This document shows, piece by piece, positions 1 to 10,176 of a stretch of DNA of 64,000 bases (the stretch's first letter is position 1; each line of letters opens with the position of its first letter). The stretch comes from Clostridia bacterium. GTDB taxonomy: Bacteria > Bacillota > Clostridia > Oscillospirales > CAG-272. A program made the position numbers and the translations under genes. The notes under the pieces were generated by a model that saw only the letters and a list, made by a program, of their open reading frames with translations, was not told where the DNA came from and did not search any database. The DNA is taken from positions 77,418 through 141,417 of the forward strand of contig JAGASS010000051.1 of the NCBI GenBank assembly GCA_017621655.1, in the 5' to 3' direction.

Positions 1-954
1 TGCCACGCGGCACTTGATATCAAGGAACTTTTCAGCGCCGAGGTCAGCACCGAATCCGGCTTCGGTAACTGCGTAATCGCCGAGCTTCATAGCCATTCTT
101 GTAGCAATAACGGAGTTACAACCGTGAGCAATATTTGCAAAAGGTCCGCCGTGAACGATCGCGGGGGTTCCCTCAAGCGTCTGGACAAGGTTCGGCTTGA
201 GTGCGTCGCGGAGAAGCGCAGTCATAGCACCTGCCGCCTTAAGATCGCCAGCGGTTACCGGCTCGTCGTTATATGTATATCCGACGATTATGCGCGAAAG
301 GCGCGCTTTAAGGTCTGAAAGCGATTCGGAAAGGCAAAGTACTGCCATAATTTCCGATGCAACAGTAATATCATAAGCGTCCTCACGCGGAACACCGTTT
401 ACGCGTCCGCCGAGTCCGTTCGTAACGAAACGGAGCTGACGGTCGTTCATATCAACGCATCTGTGCCAGGTAATGCGGCGAGGGTCGATATTAAGGGCAT
501 TGCCCTGATAAATGTGGTTATCAAGCATTGCGGCAAGAAGGTTGTTTGCCGCGCCGATTGCGTGGAAGTCGCCAGTGAAATGAAGATTAATGTCTTCCAT
601 CGGAACGATCTGCGCGTATCCGCCGCCTGCCGCACCGCCCTTGACGCCGAATACTGGTCCGAGCGACGGCTCGCGAAGAGCTACTACAGACTTTTTACCG
701 ATCTTACGCAGACCGTCAGAAAGTCCGATCGTGGTAGTTGTCTTTCCCTCACCTGCGGGTGTAGGAGTAATAGCTGTTACAAGAATGAGCTTGCCGTTTT
801 CATTTTTACGGTTAAGGATCGAAAGATCAAGCTTTGCCTTATACTTTCCGTACGGCTCATAGGTGTCTTCGTCTATGTCGATCTTGCTTGCGATCTTTCC
901 GATCGGCTCCATTTTGACAGACTGTGCTATTTCAATATCGCTTAAATATGCCAT
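1..954 (-). CDS. fhs: formate--tetrahydrofolate ligase, 5' part only (gene runs off the window start)
   Basis: Not in the ORF track because it is truncated. My reverse translation from the ATG at 952-954 gives [22 protein letters not shown]...[17 protein letters not shown]...[29 protein letters not shown]...[14 protein letters not shown], typical of the FTHFS family. A GGAGAA SD lies in the 13-nt gap after the purL stop. Confidence 0.9.
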   Translation of the reverse strand, partial: MAYLSDIEIAQSVKMEPIGKIASKIDIDEDTYEPYGKYKAKLDLSILNRKNENGKLILVTAITPTPAGEGKTTTTIGLSDGLRKIGKKSVVALREPSLGPVFGVKGGAAGGGYAQIVPMEDINLHFTGDFHAIGAANNLLAAMLDNHIYQGNALNIDPRRITWHRCVDMNDRQLRFVTNGLGGRVNGVPREDAYDITVASEIMAVLCLSESLSDLKARLSRIIVGYTYNDEPVTAGDLKAAGAMTALLRDALKPNLVQTLEGTPAIVHGGPFANIAHGCNSVIATRMAMKLGDYAVTEAGFGADLGAEKFLDIKCRVA

Positions 955-967
955 TTAAGTGTTCTCC

Positions 968-3900
968 TTATTTTTTGAAATAATTTACTGCAGAAGCAAA
1001 TAGCTTCATATCGTACTGACCGATTACGTTCTTGTAGAGGTTCTTGCCGATACGCTCGCTGTGTCCCATCTTACCGAGAACGCGTCCGTCGGGAGAGGTT
1101 ATACCCTCAACTGCAAGGATAGATCCGTTAGGGTTGAACGCGGTATCCATGGTCGGAACGCCGTTAAGATCAACGTACTGCGTTGCGATCTGGCCGTTTT
1201 CAGCAAGCTTGCGAATAAGTGCTTCATCGGCAAGGAAGCGTCCTTCGCCGTGAGAGATCGGAACGGTGTATATCTGACCGACTTCGGTGCCGCTTAGCCA
1301 CGGGGACTTGTTCGTACAAACTCTCGTGCGAACGAGCTTCGACTGATGGCGTCCGATTATATTATATGTAAGAGTCGGGCAGTTTTCGTCGGTATCTATT
1401 ATCTTTCCGTAAGGAACAAGTCCGAGCTTTATAAGTGCCTGGAAGCCGTTACAAATACCGAGCATAAGACCGTCACGGTTATCAAGCAGGTCTCCTACCT
1501 GCTCCTTTATCTCGGGGTTACGGAAGAATGCGGTTATAAACTTCGCAGAGCCGTCCGGCTCATCACCGCCGGAGAATCCGCCGGGAATGAATACCATATT
1601 GCTTTCAGCAAGCTTCTTAGAGACAAGCTCGACGCTGCGGCTTACATCATCCGACGTAAGGTTACGTATAACAACTATCTCCGCTTCAGCTCCCGCATTT
1701 TCAAGAGCGCGCGCGGAATCGTATTCGCAGTTAGTACCAGGGAATACGGGGATAAGTGCCTTCGGACGAGTAGTCTTTACGGCAGGAGAAGCTACTACTC
1801 CGCCGTTATATGCAAACGCGGGAATATTATCTCCCTCTGCCTTAGCGTCGGTCGGATATACGCCCTCAAGAGTTCCCTCGTTAAGCGCGAGAAGCTCGGA
1901 GATCGTCGCCTTTTCGCTTACGAGGTCGATAACCTTTTCATCGGATGTCATACCGATCTTGACAGCGTAATCGGCTGTCACGTCCTCGCTCAGCTCTGCT
2001 ACGATGAAATCATACATCATCGTATTATACCAAGCGTCCTTGATCGCGCCGTTTGAAACGAAGCCGATCTCGTTACCAAACGACATCTTCATAATCGCCT
2101 CGGCAATTCCATTTTCAACGGCGTAAGCCGCCTTTACTTTGCCATCCTTGCAGAGCTTATGGAAGGATTCCCAAGCCGCCTTTGTGGAGTTAGCAGTCTC
2201 ATCTGCAGGGGCAAAGAGATATACGGGATCACCCGCTTCCTTAAACTCGGGAGAGATAACGTCCTTAGCGTTGATCGGAGCGATAGCAAAGGAAATAAGC
2301 GTAGGAGGAACGTCCTTATCAAGGAAGGTTCCCGACATTGAGTCCTTACCGCCGATAGCCGCGGCGTTAAGCTCAAGCTGTGCGTCCATTGCGCCTAGAA
2401 GTGCGGCAAAGGGCTTGCCCCAACGTGTAGGTTCGTTACGGAGCTTTTCAAAGAACTCCTGAAGTGTCAGATAGGCGTCCTTATAATCAGCACCCGATGC
2501 AACGATCTTCGCCATAGAGTTATATACTGCGGCACGTGCGCCCGAATAGGGATCTACGCACATAGCATCGGGATCAAGTCCCCAAGCCATTACGCTCGCC
2601 TGCTCGGTAAACTGACCGGGAAGCACAGGAAGAACTGCCGCCATTGACTGTGCAGGTGTCTTCTGCGTCTTACCGCCGAAAGGCATAAGAATTGAGCTGG
2701 CACCGATCGAGCCGTCAAAGCGCTCGACAAGTCCGCGTCTGCTTGCCGTCTTAAGATCGGATGCCATTTCGCGGAGATCTCCGTACAGAGCATTCGAGAA
2801 TACCGAAAGATCCTTTTCGGTAACTTCAAGGTTAGTGTGCTTATCTGCGCCGTTTGTATTAAGGAATTCGCGGGAAAGGTCAGCTATTATCTGTCCCTTC
2901 CAGCTCATGACCATTCTTGCTTCCTCGGTTACGATGGCAACTCTATACGCTTCAAGATTTTCGCTCTCTGCGTATTCAATGAATTTATCAGCGTCGGATG
3001 CTTCAACAACGACAGCCATTCTTTCCTGAGATTCGGAAATTGCAAGCTCTGTTCCGTCAAGACCGTCATACTTCTTGCGTACTGCATCAAGGTCGATCTT
3101 CAGACCGTCTGCAAGCTCACCGATAGCAACCGAAACGCCGCCTGCGCCGAAGTCGTTACAACGCTTGATAAGACGCGTAACGTCGGGGTTACGGAACAAA
3201 CGCTGGATCTTTCTTTCCTCGGGAGCATTTCCCTTCTGAACTTCGGACGCCATAGTCGTGAGCGACTTCATATTATGGCTCTTTGATGAGCCGGTAGCGC
3301 CACCTATACCGTCGCGGCCTGTTCTGCCGCCGAGCAGGATAATGACGTCGCCTGCCTCGGGGCGCTCACGGCGCACGTTATACGCAGGAGCCGCGGCAAC
3401 GACAGCGCCGCATTCAAGGCGCTTAGCTACGTATCCGTCGTGGTATATTTCCGCTACGTGACCTGTCGCGAGACCTATCTGATTACCGTAGGAGGAATAT
3501 CCTGCGGCCGCCGTCTGACAAAGCTTTCTTTGCGGAAGCTTGCCCGAAAGGGTTTCGGAGAGGGGCTTACGGGGATCAGCCGCACCCATTACACGCATTG
3601 CCTGATGAACGTAAGCGCGTCCCGAAAGGGGGTCACGGATACAACCGCCTATACAGGTTGCCGCACCGCCGAACGGCTCGATCTCGGTCGGGTGGTTATG
3701 GGTTTCATTCTTGAACATCAGAAGCCAATCCTGATCCTCACCGTTTACGTTAGCAGTTACGTGGATCGAGCAAGCATTGATCTCCTCGCTCTCGTCGAGT
3801 TCGGGAAGAAGTCCTCTCTTTTTGAGGACCTTGCCTGCAATCGTCGCAATATCCATAAGGGTCTGCGGACGCTTAGCCGCCTTTTCTTCACCGTACACCT

Positions 3901-4663
3901 CGATTCGCGCGTTAAGGTAACGCTCATATGCTTCGGCAACGGTCTTATCGGATATTTTGACGTTATCAATATGTGTTGAGAAGGTCGTATGACGGCAGTG
4001 GTCTGACCAATACGTGTCAACGACTCTGATCTCAGTTATAGTAGGATCGCGATGCTCCTCGTTCTTAAAATAATCTTGAAGGAACTTAAGGTCATCAAGG
4101 TCCATAGCGAGACCGAGAGTATCAAGAAGCTCGCTAAGACCCTTTTCGTCAAGGGAGATAAATCCGTTAACTGTTGCAACGGTCTCGGGAATAGCGTAGT
4201 CGATAGCAAGCGTTTCGGGCTTACCGAGGTCCGCCTCACGGCTTTCGACTGCGTTTATTACGTACTTTTTGACGGTATTTACGTCATTTTCGGTAAGGTT
4301 TCCGCCGAGAATATATACCTTAGCCGAGCGAACGGTAGGACGCTCACCCTGGCTCTGAAGCTGAATACACTGAGCAGCCGAGTCTGCTCTCTGATCGAAT
4401 TGACCGGGAAGCGGCTCAACGGCAAATACGATACCGTCAACGTTTTCAAGCTCCTTCGATACTTTATCAAGCTGCGGCTCGGAGAATACAGTCTTTACTG
4501 CCTGATCAAAGAGAGCTTCATCAATATTCTCAACGTCGTAACGGTTAATAACTCTTACAGACGTAAGATTTTCGATTCCAACGAGGTTTTTCAGCTCATT
4601 ATATAAGCCGTTCGCCTCATGTGCAAGCTCGGGCTTTTTTTCTACAAATATTCTGTATACCAT
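968..4663 (-). CDS. purL: phosphoribosylformylglycinamidine synthase, single-chain large form with C-terminal glutaminase
   Basis: The 1252-aa ORF has FGAM synthase blocks (NETHNHPTEIEPFGGAATCIGG) and a C-terminal GATase motif (GICNGFQ). I place the start at MVYRIFVEKK (ATG at 4663), preceded by GGAGGAA. The ORF-track extension overlaps purD. Confidence 0.93.
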   Translation of the reverse strand: MVYRIFVEKKPELAHEANGLYNELKNLVGIENLTSVRVINRYDVENIDEALFDQAVKTVFSEPQLDKVSKELENVDGIVFAVEPLPGQFDQRADSAAQCIQLQSQGERPTVRSAKVYILGGNLTENDVNTVKKYVINAVESREADLGKPETLAIDYAIPETVATVNGFISLDEKGLSELLDTLGLAMDLDDLKFLQDYFKNEEHRDPTITEIRVVDTYWSDHCRHTTFSTHIDNVKISDKTVAEAYERYLNARIEVYGEEKAAKRPQTLMDIATIAGKVLKKRGLLPELDESEEINACSIHVTANVNGEDQDWLLMFKNETHNHPTEIEPFGGAATCIGGCIRDPLSGRAYVHQAMRVMGAADPRKPLSETLSGKLPQRKLCQTAAAGYSSYGNQIGLATGHVAEIYHDGYVAKRLECGAVVAAAPAYNVRRERPEAGDVIILLGGRTGRDGIGGATGSSKSHNMKSLTTMASEVQKGNAPEERKIQRLFRNPDVTRLIKRCNDFGAGGVSVAIGELADGLKIDLDAVRKKYDGLDGTELAISESQERMAVVVEASDADKFIEYAESENLEAYRVAIVTEEARMVMSWKGQIIADLSREFLNTNGADKHTNLEVTEKDLSVFSNALYGDLREMASDLKTASRRGLVERFDGSIGASSILMPFGGKTQKTPAQSMAAVLPVLPGQFTEQASVMAWGLDPDAMCVDPYSGARAAVYNSMAKIVASGADYKDAYLTLQEFFEKLRNEPTRWGKPFAALLGAMDAQLELNAAAIGGKDSMSGTFLDKDVPPTLISFAIAPINAKDVISPEFKEAGDPVYLFAPADETANSTKAAWESFHKLCKDGKVKAAYAVENGIAEAIMKMSFGNEIGFVSNGAIKDAWYNTMMYDFIVAELSEDVTADYAVKIGMTSDEKVIDLVSEKATISELLALNEGTLEGVYPTDAKAEGDNIPAFAYNGGVVASPAVKTTRPKALIPVFPGTNCEYDSARALENAGAEAEIVVIRNLTSDDVSRSVELVSKKLAESNMVFIPGGFSGGDEPDGSAKFITAFFRNPEIKEQVGDLLDNRDGLMLGICNGFQALIKLGLVPYGKIIDTDENCPTLTYNIIGRHQSKLVRTRVCTNKSPWLSGTEVGQIYTVPISHGEGRFLADEALIRKLAENGQIATQYVDLNGVPTMDTAFNPNGSILAVEGITSPDGRVLGKMGHSERIGKNLYKNVIGQYDMKLFASAVNYFKK

Positions 4664-4664
4664 G

Positions 4665-5933
4665 TTATTCCTCCAGCGCTTTAAGGGCGCGCGCGCCGAT
4701 GTCTTTGCGGTAGAAAGCGTTATCAAAGCTTATCTTGCTTACGAGCTTATATGCCTCGCTAATTGCTTCGGGAAGCGTATTTGCAACTGCTGTTGCGCCG
4801 AGAACTCGTCCGCCTGCGGTAACAAGCTTTCCGTCCTTTTCAGCCGCTCCAGCAACGTAGACGTTACCTGCTATTTCATCGGGGATATTTATCTCAAATC
4901 CCTTTTCATAGCTCTGCGGATAGCCGTTTGACGCCATAATTACGCAGCAAGCGTGCTTATCCTCGAAAACGACCTCGGTCTCGTCAAGCGTTCCGTTTGT
5001 CGTTGCCTTCATAATTGTCAGAAGATCGCTCTTAAGAAGCGGAAGCACGACCTGCGTTTCGGGGTCGCCGAAGCGGCAGTTATACTCGATTACCTTCGGT
5101 CCGTCGGGGGTTATCATAAGTCCGAAGTAAAGACATCCCTTAAACGGTCTGCCCTCCTGCACCATAGCATTTACGGTCGGAAGGAAGATCGTTTTCATAC
5201 AGACGTCCGCAACTTCTTTTGTATAATACGGGTTAGGGGCAACGGTTCCCATACCGCCTGTATTAAGTCCCTCGTCATTATCGTGCGCTCTCTTGTGGTC
5301 CATAGACGAAACCATCGGCTTGACAGTCTTTCCGTCTGTAAACGCGAGAACTGAAACCTCGGGACCTGTGAGGAATTCCTCGATAACAACTCTTGAACCG
5401 CTGTTACCGAACACCTTGTCGCTCATCATACTCTTGACAGCGTCGACAGCTTCCTCCCTTGTCATAGCGACTATAACGCCCTTACCGAGAGCAAGACCGT
5501 CCGCCTTAATAACTATCGGAATCTTGCAGGTTTCAAGATATTTGAGTGCATCTGCTTCATTATCAAATGTCTCGTATTCAGCCGTCGGAATACCGTATTT
5601 TTTCATAAGATTCTTTGAAAAGATCTTACTTCCCTCGATCTCTGCCGCCTTAGCGCCAGGACCGAAGCACGGAATTCCCTTTTCATTCAGCGCGTCGACC
5701 GCGCCGAGTACGAGCGGATCGTCGGGCGCGACTACTGCATAGTCGATAGCGTTATTAACCGCAAAATCAACTATTGCGGGAATATCCTTTGCGCCGATGT
5801 TGACTAATGTAGCATCACCCGCCATTCCCGCGTTTCCGGGAAGGGCGTAGATGACGTCTATCTCTTTATTTTCTTTCAGCTTTTTAATGATGGCGTGCTC
5901 TCTGCCGCCACCGCCAACTACCATTATTTTCAT
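4665..5933 (-). CDS. purD: phosphoribosylamine--glycine ligase
   Basis: MKIMVVGGGGREHAI and ATP-grasp blocks match the GARS family. The ORF-track start is an upstream TTG. ATG at 5933 is chosen, but its SD is weak. Confidence 0.9.
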   Translation of the reverse strand: MKIMVVGGGGREHAIIKKLKENKEIDVIYALPGNAGMAGDATLVNIGAKDIPAIVDFAVNNAIDYAVVAPDDPLVLGAVDALNEKGIPCFGPGAKAAEIEGSKIFSKNLMKKYGIPTAEYETFDNEADALKYLETCKIPIVIKADGLALGKGVIVAMTREEAVDAVKSMMSDKVFGNSGSRVVIEEFLTGPEVSVLAFTDGKTVKPMVSSMDHKRAHDNDEGLNTGGMGTVAPNPYYTKEVADVCMKTIFLPTVNAMVQEGRPFKGCLYFGLMITPDGPKVIEYNCRFGDPETQVVLPLLKSDLLTIMKATTNGTLDETEVVFEDKHACCVIMASNGYPQSYEKGFEINIPDEIAGNVYVAGAAEKDGKLVTAGGRVLGATAVANTLPEAISEAYKLVSKISFDNAFYRKDIGARALKALEE

Positions 5934-5953
5934 AGCTGCACCAAACAATTATA

Positions 5954-7138
5954 TCAGTGATGGAAAAGTCTCATTCCGGTGAATGCCATAGCCATACCGT
6001 ACTTATCACAGCACTCGATAACGAGGTCGTCACGGATTGATCCGCCCGGCTCAGCTATGTACTTAACGCCGCTCTTCTTTGCTCTTTCGATGTTATCGCT
6101 GAACGGGAAGAACGCATCTGAGCCAAGTGCTACACCGTCGATAGTATCAAGGTAAGCTCTCTGCTCTTCCTTGGTGAATGGAGCGGGCTGAGACGTAAAG
6201 TACTTCTGCCAGTTGCCGTCAGCACAAACGTCCTCTTCATTCTGATTTATATAACCGTCTATAACATTATCACGGTCGGGACGTCCGATTGTGTCCTTGA
6301 AAGGAAGGTTAAGGACCTTGTCGGACTGACGAAGGAACCAGGTGTCCGCCTTACCGCCTGCAAGACGGGTACAGTGAACACGGGACTGCTGACCTGCACC
6401 AACGCCTATTGCCTGTCCGTCAACTGCGAAGCAAACGGAGTTAGACTGCGTATATTTGAGGGTAATAAGCGAGATTATAAGGTCGCGGACAGCGCTTTCG
6501 GGCATATCCTTATTTGCGGTAACTACGTTAGAAAGAAGCTCCTTATTGATCTTGAAGTTGTTTCTTCCCTGCTCAAAGGTGATACCGTAGACCTGCTTGC
6601 GCTCTGCCTCATCGGGAACGAAGTTCGGGTCGATCTTTACGATATTGTAGCTTCCCTTTCTCTTGGATTTGAGGATCTCAAGAGCTTCCGGCTCGTATCC
6701 GGGAGCGATAACGCCGTCGGATACCTCGCGCTTGATCATAAACGCGGTGGTGACGTCGCAAACGTCAGAAAGCGCTACCCAGTCACCGAAGGAGCACATT
6801 CTGTCGGTTCCTCTTGCTCTTGCGTAAGCACAAGCGAGAGGCGACTCGTCAAGTCCTTCAATATCATCGACGAAGCATGCCTTCTTGAGCTTCTCGGAAA
6901 GAGGAAGACCGATAGCGGCTGATGTCGGAGAAACGTGCTTAAACGAGGTAACAGCAGGCATTCCGAGAGCTTCCTTAAGCTCCTTTACAAGCTGCCAGGA
7001 GTTAAATGCGTCAAGGAAATTGATATAACCGGGGCGGCCGTTCAGGATATCGATAGGAAGATCCGAGCCGTCGTGCATATATATTTTAGAGGGCTTCTGA
7101 TTGGGGTTACAGCCGTATTTAAGTTCAAATTCTTTCAT
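5954..7138 (-). CDS. purH: AICAR formyltransferase (PurH C-terminal domain only, no MGS/IMP-cyclohydrolase domain)
   Basis: The 394-aa product starts with LKYGCNPNQ and ends with TGMRLFHH, as in the AICARFT half of PurH. An AAAGGAG SD precedes it. Confidence 0.88.
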   Translation of the reverse strand: MKEFELKYGCNPNQKPSKIYMHDGSDLPIDILNGRPGYINFLDAFNSWQLVKELKEALGMPAVTSFKHVSPTSAAIGLPLSEKLKKACFVDDIEGLDESPLACAYARARGTDRMCSFGDWVALSDVCDVTTAFMIKREVSDGVIAPGYEPEALEILKSKRKGSYNIVKIDPNFVPDEAERKQVYGITFEQGRNNFKINKELLSNVVTANKDMPESAVRDLIISLITLKYTQSNSVCFAVDGQAIGVGAGQQSRVHCTRLAGGKADTWFLRQSDKVLNLPFKDTIGRPDRDNVIDGYINQNEEDVCADGNWQKYFTSQPAPFTKEEQRAYLDTIDGVALGSDAFFPFSDNIERAKKSGVKYIAEPGGSIRDDLVIECCDKYGMAMAFTGMRLFHH

Positions 7139-7157
7139 TGTATGTACTCCTTTTATA

Positions 7158-7880
7158 TCAAGCGTTTTTGTTTATTGTAATGATCTCATCCTTATTGCTG
7201 CAAAGAGAATGAGAAATAACAACAAGAGAAACTTTGTTATCCTCGTTTAAGTTCTTCCAGCAGAGGTCAGCTAATTCCTTTGCGGTGTTGGGAAGAGATA
7301 CCTCCTCGGGTTCACCATAGAATGAAGGAATAGGATTGCCGTCACACTTATAGGTGTGGATAAAGTGTCCAATACCTGACTCGGGTACGTACTCGTAGAA
7401 GAAACGCTGACAAACCTCGGGGCGTCCGTTTGCACTCTTGAGAATAGAGAGCTTATATGTAAAGTCAGAATGATCCTCGTTGTAATCAACTATACCCGAA
7501 ATTCTTGGAGTATAGTTGGGATGGTCTGGCTCGTACTCACGAGTACGCAGTGCCTCCTCAAATGTCTTGCCTTCGTTTATAAAATCATAGATCGTATTGG
7601 TCTGATCACCGTTGGTGATGATGTCTGTATTGCCGTTATTGGCGGAAAGATAGGGATTGTAGATAATAAGACTGGGATCAGAGAGCTTGGACTCGTCAAA
7701 TGCCTTTGTACGCATACCGTTCTCAAACCACTCAAATACTCTGTTGCGGCTATTTTCGCTTCTGCCCATTATAAAGTACGCGATAAGCGCGCTCTTTCCG
7801 TCTGCGGATTTACCGATAACGATTCCGCGTCCGGGATAAGTGTTTTCGCTCAAAAGCTTAGTAAGATCGTAAAGTGCCAT
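7158..7880 (-). CDS. purO: IMP cyclohydrolase, PurO-like (archaeal type)
   Basis: YPGRGIVIGKSADGKSALIAYFIMGRSENSRNRVF resembles the PurO family N-terminus. I place the start at MALYDL (ATG at 7880), 1 nt after the purN stop, with the SD AAAGGAAA inside the purN 3' end. Confidence 0.75.
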   Translation of the reverse strand: MALYDLTKLLSENTYPGRGIVIGKSADGKSALIAYFIMGRSENSRNRVFEWFENGMRTKAFDESKLSDPSLIIYNPYLSANNGNTDIITNGDQTNTIYDFINEGKTFEEALRTREYEPDHPNYTPRISGIVDYNEDHSDFTYKLSILKSANGRPEVCQRFFYEYVPESGIGHFIHTYKCDGNPIPSFYGEPEEVSLPNTAKELADLCWKNLNEDNKVSLVVISHSLCSNKDEIITINKNA

Positions 7881-7881
7881 A

Positions 7882-8502
7882 TCAGTTATTTCCTTTCGCA
7901 TCCATTATTTCTTTTGATACCTTTTCGCAAGAGAGAGGAAGTATCTTCCACTCCGCCTGCTTCATAACTCTTTTTTGGAGAGACTCGGGAGTATCGTTCT
8001 TACATATCTTGACGGCTTTTTGCATAATAATTCTGCCGCCGTCGGGAATTTCATTTACGAAATGAACAGTTGCGCCCGTTACCTTAACGCCGTATTCAAG
8101 CGCCGCCTCGTGGACGCGCAGACCGTAGAATCCCTTGCCGCAAAACGACGGGATAAGTGAGGGGTGAACGTTAATTATCCTCTCGGGATAACGCGAGGTG
8201 AAATTCTCGGTCAGAATTGACATAAAGCCCGCAAGGACTATAAGCTCAATACCGTAGCGGTCAAGAACCTCAATTATTCCCTTTTCAAAAAGCTCCTGCG
8301 AGCCGTTAAGAAGACGCTTACAGACGACCTCTGTCGGAATACCTGCATTTTTTGCACGGACAAGACCGTAAGCATCGGGCTGTGACGAGATAACGCAAGT
8401 AATTTCGCCGCTTTTTATAATTCCGCTGTTCTGCGCATCTATCAGCGCCTGCAGATTCGTTCCGCCGCCTGAGATAAGGACGGCAATTTTCGTTTTACTC
8501 AT
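7882..8502 (-). CDS. purN: phosphoribosylglycinamide formyltransferase
   Basis: KIAVLISGGGTNLQALID and NVHPSLIPSFCG are GART motifs. The SD AAGGAGG lies in the last codons of the upstream gene. Confidence 0.92.
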   Translation of the reverse strand: MSKTKIAVLISGGGTNLQALIDAQNSGIIKSGEITCVISSQPDAYGLVRAKNAGIPTEVVCKRLLNGSQELFEKGIIEVLDRYGIELIVLAGFMSILTENFTSRYPERIINVHPSLIPSFCGKGFYGLRVHEAALEYGVKVTGATVHFVNEIPDGGRIIMQKAVKICKNDTPESLQKRVMKQAEWKILPLSCEKVSKEIMDAKGNN

Positions 8503-8503
8503 A

Positions 8504-9115
8504 TCAGCCCTCCTTTTTTTTGCCTTTAAGCAAGGTCAGTGTCGGGAACAAAAGTCCGCCGACGGTATTTCCAAGGATAACTATTACGAGGAAAACAAGC
8601 ATTTCAAGCGAGAATATTCTTGCAGTGAAGAAGTAAAACATATCCGCAATCGAATGCTCGAATCCGCTAAGAATAAACACGGGAACGCAGAAGAAGATAG
8701 CAAGCGGAGATTTGTTTTCCTTAAATACCGCAACCGCGAGATACATAAGTATTCCGCAGAATATCGCCTTGATGAATACGCCGAGAAGATTATCGTCAAG
8801 CTTGGCTTCACACATAGTCTTAGCGAGAACTGCTCTATCCGAAAGCGCGAAGCTTACAGCCAAACCTGAAAGAAGCGTTCCAATGACGTTACCGAAAAGC
8901 CCCGTCATAAGAGTAACGAAGTCGCTTCCCTTGTGGTTATACGCCATAAATCCGATCTTGCCTGTATAAAGCGAGTAACCGCGATAACAGATTATAAGAA
9001 GCGCTATCGTAAAGAAGCACGCACCGGGAATACCTCCGCCAACCGAGAGAAGCACCGTTCCGCCGATGCCTATCATAAGTCCTGCGAGGATACCGTCTAT
9101 AGTTCCCTTCAGCAT
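8504..9115 (-). CDS. formate/nitrite transporter (FNT) family channel, short form
   Basis: The 203-aa polytopic membrane protein carries FNT-like blocks [11 protein letters not shown] and [11 protein letters not shown]. Its start overlaps the purM stop (ATGCTGA), and its stop lies 1 nt before the purN ATG. Confidence 0.7.
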   Translation of the reverse strand: MLKGTIDGILAGLMIGIGGTVLLSVGGGIPGACFFTIALLIICYRGYSLYTGKIGFMAYNHKGSDFVTLMTGLFGNVIGTLLSGLAVSFALSDRAVLAKTMCEAKLDDNLLGVFIKAIFCGILMYLAVAVFKENKSPLAIFFCVPVFILSGFEHSIADMFYFFTARIFSLEMLVFLVIVILGNTVGGLLFPTLTLLKGKKKEG

Positions 9116-10155
9116 ATTACGACCTTTTCCTCACTCTTAACTATCTTACCGATAGTGTAAGCGTCGATACCGTTATTCTTAAGTATCTCGATTGCCTTGT
9201 CTGCCTCAGTGGCAGGAACTACTATGCTCATTCCAACGCCCATATTATATGTATTGAACATATCTCTTTCGGGGATGTTACCGAATTTTGCGATAAGATC
9301 GAAAATGGGAAGGATCTTGACAGACGCCTTGTCGATAACTGCGCCGAGACCGTCGGGAATGCTTCTCGGAATATTCTCGTAGAATCCGCCGCCCGTGATA
9401 TGCGAAATGCCGTGAACATTGACCTCGCTAAGGAGCGCGAGCACCGGCTTTACGTATATCTTAGTAGGCGTAAGAAGTGCCTCGGCTATCGTTTTACCGC
9501 CAAGCTCTTCCCTCTCAACGTAAAGAAGCGGATCGTTATTATCAATATTAAATACCTTACGGCAAAGCGAGAAGCCGTTACTGTGAATACCTGTCGAGGG
9601 AAGCGCGATAACAATATCGCCCTCCTGCATCTTCTTATTGTCGATAATCTTCTTTTTATCAACGATACCGACAGCAAAACCGGCGAGGTCATAATCGTCG
9701 ATAGGCATAAGTCCGGGATGCTCGGCAGTCTCACCGCCAATCAGAGCCGCGCCCGACTGAACGCAACCCTCAGCAACACCCGATACGATCGCCGCGATCT
9801 TCTCGGGAACGTTCTTTCCGCAAGCGATATAATCAAGGAAGAAAAGTGGCTTTGCGCCGACGCAGATAATGTCGTTTACGCACATTGCGACCGCGTCGAT
9901 ACCGATAGTATCGTGCTTGTCCATAAGGATAGCAAGCTTGACCTTAGTTCCGCAACCGTCAGTTCCCGAAACAAGAACCGGCTCCTCCATTCCGCTGATG
10001 GGAAGACCGAAGCAACCGCCAAAGCCGCCAACGTCATCAAGACAGCCCTCGTTTCTCGTGCGTGCGATATGCGCCTTCATAAGCTCTACTGCTTTGTAAC
10101 CTGCGGTGATGTCAACACCTGCCTGCTTGTAGCTTTCGCTGTAACTGCTTTTCAT
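9109..10155 (-). CDS. purM: phosphoribosylformylglycinamidine cyclo-ligase (AIR synthetase)
   Basis: [19 protein letters not shown] and the overall length (348 aa) fit the PurM family. Confidence 0.93.
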   Translation of the reverse strand: MKSSYSESYKQAGVDITAGYKAVELMKAHIARTRNEGCLDDVGGFGGCFGLPISGMEEPVLVSGTDGCGTKVKLAILMDKHDTIGIDAVAMCVNDIICVGAKPLFFLDYIACGKNVPEKIAAIVSGVAEGCVQSGAALIGGETAEHPGLMPIDDYDLAGFAVGIVDKKKIIDNKKMQEGDIVIALPSTGIHSNGFSLCRKVFNIDNNDPLLYVEREELGGKTIAEALLTPTKIYVKPVLALLSEVNVHGISHITGGGFYENIPRSIPDGLGAVIDKASVKILPIFDLIAKFGNIPERDMFNTYNMGVGMSIVVPATEADKAIEILKNNGIDAYTIGKIVKSEEKVVIC

Positions 10156-10176
10156 ACCTATATCCTTTCAAATTGT

